A DNA stretch of 36,175 bases. Origin: a virus (Duplodnaviria > Heunggongvirae > Uroviricota > Caudoviricetes). The notes under the pieces were generated by a model, which saw only the letters and a program-made list of their open reading frames with translations, was not told where the DNA came from and searched no databases. The translations under genes were made by a program, and so were the position numbers. Location of the stretch: positions 51,845 through 88,019 of the IMG/VR virus record IMGVR_UViG_2832442593_000001. One strand, written 5' to 3'. Positions 29,655-36,175 of this stretch are shown here, one piece after another (the first letter of the stretch is position 1; each line of letters opens with the position of its first letter).

Positions 29655-30860
29655 TTAATTTTCCTCCAGTTTGAGATAATACACGGCATCGCGGCCATAG
29701 TCCTGCTCGAAAGTCATCAGGAGCTGGCTCGGCTTAGCATAAAGTCGCTTGCCGTGTGCATGATTGTCCGAACCGCAAAGAGCCGGCGCGATCATGCTGT
29801 CCACACCGAATCGGTCAAGCGATTCTGCATGGTGCTTGTCACCCATGATGGCAATATCCACCGGAGTGCCAAGGTCGCGCGACAGCAGCATATTCGCCGT
29901 CACGCCAAAGTCTCGAACCGTGTCCAGATCGCCGTGTGTAGAAACAACGGTCTTGCCGCTGATGAAGTCTGTGATGAACTCCTCGCACATCGGGCAGACG
30001 TTGATGGTATCGTCATCCTTGAGTCGTGTTGCCAGCCACCAAGGGATGATTTTCTCCATGTTATCGGCGTGGATGCTTTCTTTCTTGTTCTGGACGGTTC
30101 GCATATGATTGCCGTAAGTAGCAAACACATCTACACGGTCTACAGCCGCAGAAATCTCATGAATTGCCTCGGCGAGAATTTCTGAGACGCGCATCAGCTG
30201 GTCACAGGTGTTCTCGACGGATTCCAGTCGCACCGTAGGATGAATTGCTCCATGAGCAAAATCGCCCAGCAGATGAATATGCAGGTCGGTAACCTGATGC
30301 ATCAGCAGACGCTCTACCGTCTCATCAATCAGACGGCGGACACGCTGAGCACATACCTCTGGGTTATAGCTATTGAACGGATTGTCGCATACCATGCCAT
30401 AGTGCCAATCGGTCAGAACCAGCAGGGCTTCCGTCCCGAGGCGATGGACTTCTCCCGCTCGAGACAGCGGAACCAGTGGCTTGCTCATATTGAGCTGCTC
30501 AGCTGAGCGGATAATACACTCGTGCAGGCTTTCTTCGCGTGCCTTTGCGTTGACTACGCGGGTCAGTGCCTGACGCTGGTCGTAGAACTTGCGCTGCTCC
30601 TTGCGGAGCTCAAGCTCGCGCTGTTCAATCTCGTGAAGCTGAGCACTGTTATCAGTCAACTTATCGCGGTTGGCTTCAAAGAGTTTGCAGAATGCCGCAT
30701 AGTCCTTGCGGTACTTGCTCTCGGTGTACTGATAGCCAAGCTGATAGTTCAGCAGGTCAGCTACGTCCTGCCAAGAACCAATCTGCTCTTTGATGTTGCC
30801 GATACGGTAAATGTAGGCGTACTCGCTCTCATCTTCTTTTCTGAGCCAGTCAGTCTTCAC
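29655..30860 (-). CDS. Calcineurin-like metallophosphoesterase with N-terminal helical/coiled-coil region
   Basis: TDWHYG, LLGDFAHG, YGNH, THGD, GDKHH motifs. Confidence 0.85.
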   Translation of the reverse strand: MKTDWLRKEDESEYAYIYRIGNIKEQIGSWQDVADLLNYQLGYQYTESKYRKDYAAFCKLFEANRDKLTDNSAQLHEIEQRELELRKEQRKFYDQRQALTRVVNAKAREESLHECIIRSAEQLNMSKPLVPLSRAGEVHRLGTEALLVLTDWHYGMVCDNPFNSYNPEVCAQRVRRLIDETVERLLMHQVTDLHIHLLGDFAHGAIHPTVRLESVENTCDQLMRVSEILAEAIHEISAAVDRVDVFATYGNHMRTVQNKKESIHADNMEKIIPWWLATRLKDDDTINVCPMCEEFITDFISGKTVVSTHGDLDTVRDFGVTANMLLSRDLGTPVDIAIMGDKHHAESLDRFGVDSMIAPALCGSDNHAHGKRLYAKPSQLLMTFEQDYGRDAVYYLKLEEN

Positions 30861-31069
30861 GCATTAGCCTCCTCGGCAAGGGCAGCCAGTCGTGCGCGGC
30901 GACGGTCGATAACGTCAAGCAGTGCAGCGGCGTCCTTGTTATGTGGGATAACGCGGAGGTACTTTTCTTCCTCGCACAGCCAATACTTGCCGGTGGCGGT
31001 ACGCGGAACACGAAGCTCTGGATAAAGTTTGTAGATGGTGGCTCTCTCAGCCTTGGTAATTCGGATCAA
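30857..31069 (-). CDS. Small hypothetical protein (first gene after the RNAP hairpin)
   Basis: 70 aa, RBS AAGGAG, TTG start, coupled to the next gene. Confidence 0.7.
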   Translation of the reverse strand: MIRITKAERATIYKLYPELRVPRTATGKYWLCEEEKYLRVIPHNKDAAALLDVIDRRRARLAALAEEANA

Positions 31070-31148
31070 ATCGTTATGTCTCCTTAAAAAATGATACGGA
31101 AGAGGTGCGAAAAATCGCTTATCTATCCTGGAGAAAAAGAATAAGATA

Positions 31149-31184
31149 ACGCCCCTGTTCCCGAAAATTCGGGAACAGGGGCGT
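31149..31184 (-). terminator. Perfect 17-bp inverted repeat (terminator) after the RNA polymerase gene
   Basis: ACGCCCCTGTTCCCGAA-TT-TTCGGGAACAGGGGCGT followed by TATCTTATTCTTTTT. Confidence 0.75.
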
Positions 31185-31232
31185 CTTTACTAAGCAGTTT
31201 TTCCTGTAATTTTTACACTTTTTTGCACGCTT

Positions 31233-32052
31233 TTATTTGTTCATATTTTCCCGAAGTATCTTCGCAATCTCCTGCATGGTATGTGGCCTGTTCCGTTCTT
31301 TCCTACGAGCTTCCTTTTCTGCTTGATAAAGCTCCTCGAAAGCTCGGCGTTTTGCTTCATACGCTTCAAACGTGTAACCGTACAGCATAACGCTGCCGGT
31401 CAGACATTCGGTTGCAATCTGAATCGGCTCGCGGCTACTTTCGATCATATCATAGAACGAAGAATTCGCCGTGCCGAAAAGCGCATCGAAGAGCGCCGCG
31501 CTGATGTCTTTGTTTTCTTCCTTTTCCAAATCCCGCAAAATAACATACATCGTAGCAGGATTGCATTTGTACTTAGCTACAAACTCGATAAGTTCTGCTT
31601 TAGCGGCTTTTACTTCTTCCCACGCGAACGCCGATTTAGCTGACGCATCGATGGAATCGTTAATTTCAAGAGAAGATTTCAGTTCCGTGTAGATAGCTGA
31701 AACTTTCTGACGCAGCACACGAGCGGCGTCAATGAACTTCCGCACCAGCTCATAACGCGCCCCAGCCGTGCCGACCATTACCGGGTCGATTACATAACTA
31801 AAGGGTTTGTTTGCTTTGTACGAGCCTCGCCAGAACCGGCAGCGGTTAATCGTATGCTGAACGTAGTCCATCGTGGTCTTGTGAAACAGGTAGGCTTTCT
31901 TTTCGCTGTCGTAGTATCCTTTACGGCGAGCCAGCGTCCCGAAGAAGTTCGGTTTAATCGCGCGACCCTTGTCGTCACGGCGTTCATACTTAGCTTTCAG
32001 GCGCTTGTACTCGTCTCGGTTGTTTACCACGAATTCTTTTTTTGCTTTGTCG
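31233..32052 (-). CDS. yonO: YonO-like RNA polymerase, exon 3
   Basis: In frame from C GAC AAA GCA AAA AAA GAA TTC (IDKAKKEF), then IKPNFF. Confidence 0.88.
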
Positions 32053-32391
32053 CTGTTGTGTTAATCCCGGTCGCTACTCGGGATGGGCAGTTGCCCCTCA
32101 CGGTTTCCCGTGAGCACAGACTATATCTTCACCTCCACGGAGGGAGGGGACACCACAGGCCGCGGCTTCGCGGCGCTTAGTCGTTGAACCTTGCCCCTGT
32201 CGGGGCCTTGGATGCTGATTGCCAATTATAAGCGCTTAGGATTTAACCATACGCCATCCGAACCATTTTTTCTGCTTTCGCCGCATTCACGTTCACGGTT
32301 TCCCGCCGCGTTGTAGCTGATTCGGCTTTACGGTATTCCAGCAATTCAATGCCATTCACTCGCACATCACTGTACGAGAGGACTCTTTCGA
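32053..32391 (-). mobile_element. Group I intron 2 of the RNA polymerase gene (339 nt, no ORF)
   Basis: P motif AATTGCTGGAA, Q motif AATCAGCATCC, R motif GTTCAACGACTA, S motif AAGATATAGTCT. Exon ends in U, intron ends …ACAACAG. Removal restores MSGIEIDKAKK. Confidence 0.93.
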
Positions 32392-32699
32392 ATCTCAATA
32401 CCCGACATGACGTCCAGCATAGACGTATCATAGTAAATCTCAGCCACATCCTCAAAAGCCGCGCCGCTGTTGAGCTTATCCCAAAGCAGGCTGTTAAGCT
32501 CCTGAGAGAGGTTGATAATCTCGCCGATCATGTTTTCGCTGGTTTTGATATCAAGGTCGGTTTGCTGTGCGCTCGTGTAGGAACGCTTGGTTTTCTTGGA
32601 TTCCACCAGAGAGGTGGGTACTTTGAAAAGATGGTAGTTTTTCTCGGCTGCCCGAATGAGCAGCTCGTTGTCTGTGAGCATCATAGTGTCTGAGTCGAA
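32392..32699 (-). CDS. yonO: YonO-like RNA polymerase, exon 2
   Basis: FDSDTMMLTDN…IGEIINLSQELNS…LDVMSGIE(I). 308 nt. Confidence 0.9.
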
Positions 32700-32992
32700 C
32701 CTTTATACCCTCGGTTTCCCGATATTTGAGTAGGGGAGTAGATCATCTCTTCAGGTCAGAGACCTGTTCGGCACTTCCCGCGACGGAATTTCGCCGCCGC
32801 AGTATGGACTTCATCGACCTATAAGGCCGGTATGCCCTGATCGTTACACCTTCGGGGGCATTGCTGCCCGAGCTTGGCACGGTATTACCATTGCGATACG
32901 CAAAGGCGTCCACCGTTAGCTTACACACCCCAGATTTCTGGGTTCACCGAATTTTTACTGCGCCCTCGCGAACGCAGGCGACCTTTATGGTA
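32700..32992 (-). mobile_element. Group I intron 1 of the RNA polymerase gene (293 nt, no ORF)
   Basis: P1 GCGAU/GUCGC. P4 AACGGTG/AATACCGTG. R-like GGTGTAACGATCA and S-like AAGAGATGATCT. Terminal G at 32700. Removal restores LSGCD|FDSD. Confidence 0.92.
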
Positions 32993-34792
32993 ATCGCAAC
33001 CGCTCAAACGCTGGAGAATATTCTCTCCAACTGAATTGATGCACACAATTTCTTCCGTCAGATTCATATACTGGTTGACTTCCGGTACATGGATATTGTC
33101 AGTCAGCAAGATATTACCCTGACACACATGCGGACTGCGTGACCCCAGCAGGCGCTGACCGTCATCAAACCGCAGTGACATCACATGACCGACCGGGATA
33201 GACGACTCGCCGTCGAACTGCCCGATAGACGCCTTCAGCATTTCCAGTGGATTGCCGACCAGAGTTGAATAATTACCGTTAACCAAAACATGGCCGCGAC
33301 GGATGTTGTTCTGATACGAACGAATTAGCCCGTCTCGGAACTCGGCATACATCTGTGTCTGTGCGAATCTGTCGTTGATACCCAACAGACGGAAGATAAT
33401 ATCGTTTCTGGTCAGCAGGGGAGACTTCATCTCACTGGCCGCCGACTGCTGTTTCAGATGATAGCGCATAACCGCCGGATTGTTCTTCAGCTGTCGCATG
33501 TACTCGATGGACGGTTCGAGGAACTCATCCACCTCTTCCTGCGACATCTGCAGAGTATTCAGCAACTGATAATGGGTAGACACCATACGTCCGTCAAAGA
33601 AGTGCGTCTTCTTCTCATGCTTTACCACACCAAACATAGGGTCAGTACGTTTCAGCCACTCGCGCAGCCGGCCAAACTTCAAATACTTAATACTGGACGG
33701 CGTAGTGATCAGCTTGATGTCCTCGATAGACTTCGCCAACGTGAATCCGTTCAGCTGCTCGATTTTCGTAATCCCGTGGTCAGCAAGGAACTGCTGAATG
33801 TTTGCGTTGAAGCAGCAGGACTTAAAAAATCGGTTTCGGAGCAGCAGCATACCGTACTGTTCGTACTTGGGGCCAAACAGAGACTTGTCCATCAAAGACT
33901 GGCCGTCCCAGATGCTGTTCGTGATCTCAACGTGTTCAGGACCAGACACCAGATGACCGTCCTCACGCACTCTGGTCGCGATAACGTCATCCGTGAACGT
34001 GCTCTCAAAATCATCGATTACCAGAAAATTCTCCGGTCGCACCTCCAGCGTGTCCACAATAGAGCTTGCCGTCAGCGCGATATAGCTTTCCAGAGCAGCG
34101 AGATCAATCGCCTGTCCCGGTTGCACTTTAATGCCGCACATCTCCCACTTGTGCATAGCAGGGTAGAGGCGTTCGTCGATGTACAAACATTTGCCGACAC
34201 GAGAGGAACCGGCCGACCGCTTGTAACGAACATAATGGATGCCGTCACAATAGAAGCCCTTTTCGTAAAGCTCCTCGCGGATTTCAGCAACACTAACCTC
34301 GGTGGCAATGTTAATCTTTGCTTTGTACTGGCCGTCTTCCAGATAGAAATACTTGCCAAGTACGGAAGGGGGTAGGGGGTTCTGGACATTCGTGTCGCAC
34401 TGGATGGCAATCAGCTCGCCGTCAACAACATACGCGCAGTCATCCATGTTCTCGGCGATCTCATCGTATCGCCAGCCGTTTTTGATGTACAGCGTCTTGC
34501 GGATACGGTTGTATGCCTTGACTGCGTAATGCGCCGTCACGTTGATAACACGGTGGGTGTATTCCTTGCCGCCCAACTCAAAAGAGAAATTCCTGCGGCG
34601 GTATACCCGCTCGTAGACGTCTCTCAGCTTGAGCAGGTCGAGCGAGTAATCCAGCGTGTTTCTGAATCGCTTCAGATTGAACCCGCCGTCCGAAGACCGG
34701 ATGTTATATCCGATCTCGGTTGGGCGGTCATAGTGGTTTGCGAGGTAGACATCCTTGCCGTCCACACTTGGAATGTATACGGCATTCGTCAT
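32993..34792 (-). CDS. yonO: YonO-like single-subunit DNA-dependent RNA polymerase, exon 1 (spliced product 975 aa)
   Basis: KRSAGSSRVGKCLYI, WDGQSLMD, LRNRFFKSCCF, HYQLLNTL, GNYSTLVGNPLEML, GSRSPH…GN, and the spliced catalytic DFDSD motif. Lies upstream of the late structural operon. Confidence 0.9.
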
Positions 34793-35013
34793 TCAGCCAC
34801 CTCGCCACTGTACTCGGCGCGGAGACGATCACGCATAGACAAGTGCGCGTCAGGGTCGCCCGCTTGGTAGTAACTCATTTCGAGCCAATATTCACTTGGC
34901 TCAAGATCTACCTATACAACTGCGTACCCGCAGACATCATCTGCTGTCAGGTTGCAGGAGTTGTAGCGCGAGCAATACTCGCAGTCATCGTGGATGCAGT
35001 GGTTTTTCTTCAT
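34789..35013 (-). CDS. Small Cys-rich ORF with one in-frame TAG (33 aa, or 74 codons by readthrough; possibly a pseudogene)
   Basis: RBS AAAGGAG and ATG at 35013: MKKNHCIHDDCEYCSRYNSCNLTADDVCGYAVV*VDLEPSEYWLEMSYYQAGDPDAHLSMRDRLRAEYSGEVAE. The final TGA overlaps the RNAP ATG. Confidence 0.5.
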
Positions 35014-35076
35014 TTAGTTTTCTCCTTTTATTGGTTTTTCTGGCGGCAAAAGCGGCCGCCTCGCTCTCCTTGCTTT

Positions 35077-35841
35077 TTAAGCCTCAGCCGCGAACTTCTC
35101 GAACAGCTTCTGCTGACCCTTGCCGGTAATGGAAGGAACGGTGAAGGCGTGACCGGCCTTGATGACCTCGTAGGTCTTGAACCAGCCGTTGTTGATGTAA
35201 CGCTGATACGGCATATTGTTAGCCTGCAAGAAGCCATTCTTGCGGAGCCACTGGAACATGCGGTTGCGGCCGGTCTGGATGCCGAGTTTCTCAGTTACGA
35301 GCTTTGCAAAACGCTCGATGGTGAGAGTTGCGGAAGTGCTGCCGACCGCGTTGTAGAAATCAACCTTATGCTCATCGGCGGCAATCTTAGCCTCAGCTTC
35401 CATTCGGCGCTGTTTTTCTTCCTTCAGCGTGGTAGCCATCTGAATGATAAAGTCTGGATTGGTCAGCGCCTTCTCGATGACATCCATATCCATATAAGCG
35501 CCATGCTTGCGGATGGTCGGCAGAACCTCGGAGGTCACCCAGCGCTTAAATTCCTTGGCGGTCGGCAGCTTGCTCGAAACGATGAGACTGTAAAGACCAG
35601 ATTCGTTGATAATAGTTAAGCCGCGATTCGGAATTTCAAAGGTCGCGTTTTCCGACCTTTGAAGAATAGCGCGATCTTCTTCATCAATGTGACTCAAAAG
35701 AGCGTCTTTTGTGTTGCCGTATCCAAGAACGATAGCCACATCTTTGCCTACAAACCACGGCTCGCCGTCACGGACAACCGTGCGTACCTGCTGGTCGTTA
35801 AAGAGGAATTCCTTGGTTACATAGTTGGTGTTTGCGTTCAT
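35077..35841 (-). CDS. Bro-N domain / phage antirepressor (KilAC-type C-terminus)
   Basis: Start ATG 35841 (RBS AAGGAG). VRTVVRDGEPWFVGKDVA…INESGLYSLI…FKRWVTSEVLPTIRKHG…GRNRMFQWLRKNG…ITGKGQ. Confidence 0.92.
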   Translation of the reverse strand: MNANTNYVTKEFLFNDQQVRTVVRDGEPWFVGKDVAIVLGYGNTKDALLSHIDEEDRAILQRSENATFEIPNRGLTIINESGLYSLIVSSKLPTAKEFKRWVTSEVLPTIRKHGAYMDMDVIEKALTNPDFIIQMATTLKEEKQRRMEAEAKIAADEHKVDFYNAVGSTSATLTIERFAKLVTEKLGIQTGRNRMFQWLRKNGFLQANNMPYQRYINNGWFKTYEVIKAGHAFTVPSITGKGQQKLFEKFAAEA

Positions 35842-35863
35842 AATTCTTGCACTCCTTGTAATA

Positions 35864-36175
35864 TTAGTTTTCTGTTTTCTTGCGTCGTTTTTTATACTTG
35901 CCGCGCCTTCGCACCAGAAACAGAGGTTCAAGCTCGGCGGCTATCGCTTTGTTACCGGTGTAAAATACACGGGGATTTAACATAATGCTTCCGACCGGCA
36001 AACCGTGGAACGGTTCTTTCAGCCGGGTCATAATCGTCTCCGTTCCTTTGCTGGTTCGGATGACTTGGTTGTAATAGAGGCTGGTCAACTCTCCGTAACC
36101 GCTTCGCTCATAGCCACCAGCGGCACAAAGCCGAGCGGCGGTAAGAGGAGCCACCAGAAACGGATCATCCTGAAA
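35864..36175 (-). CDS. Hypothetical protein, 3' part (open to the window edge)
   Basis: The frame stays open from 36175 (FQDDPFLVAPLT…) to TAA at 35864. Confidence 0.6.
   Translation of the reverse strand, partial: FQDDPFLVAPLTAARLCAAGGYERSGYGELTSLYYNQVIRTSKGTETIMTRLKEPFHGLPVGSIMLNPRVFYTGNKAIAAELEPLFLVRRRGKYKKRRKKTEN

Noticed and set aside
32053-32992. Frameshift, pseudogene or intein explanation for the broken RNAP gene; ORFs 32743-32928 and 32243-32455
   Set aside because: The inserts contain stops and complete group I P/Q/R/S elements, and precise removal restores frame and motifs. The small ORFs are chance reading frames over ribozyme sequence.
20665-34375. Long plus-strand ORFs (e.g. 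20665-21645, 21587-22675, 25262-26338, 29286-30185, 33458-34375)
   Set aside because: They are antisense shadows of well-supported minus-strand genes, with no RBS or recognisable motifs.
35037-35065. GGCGGC-CGCTTTT-GCCGCC hairpin after the Bro gene as a terminator
   Set aside because: It lacks a following U tract on the sense strand, so there is too little support to call it.
1-36175. Genome-wide TAG-to-Gln recoding
   Set aside because: The long structural genes, including the Gln-rich TMP, have no in-frame TAG, and the tRNA-Gln anticodon is UUG, not CUA. Only one isolated TAG case was found.
1-36175. CRISPR array or diversity-generating retroelement
   Set aside because: No regularly spaced direct repeats, reverse transcriptase or TR/VR pair was seen.

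Overview
A 36 kb segment of a large SPbeta-like tailed phage (or prophage) of a Gram-positive host, probably Clostridia, judged from the SLH domain, strong AGGAG RBSs and tRNA style. All supported genes lie on the minus strand. In transcription order (right to left): partial hypothetical gene, Bro-N/antirepressor, a small Cys-rich ORF with an in-frame TAG, and a YonO-like single-subunit RNA polymerase split by two group I introns. After a long hairpin comes the late module: metallophosphoesterase, HU, terminase, portal, scaffold/protease, capsid, neck and tail genes. Then two tRNAs (Gln with an atypical long variable arm, and Trp), NAGPA-SLH, RuvC, tyrosine recombinase, ClpP-like, PIN-PhoH, and a ~3200 aa tape measure gene split by three clustered group I introns, one carrying a homing endonuclease. 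All five splice junctions were reconstructed by hand from P1 pairing, the terminal G, P7 pairing and restoration of the reading frame. No database searches were run, so family and SPbeta gene assignments rest on motif recognition and synteny.
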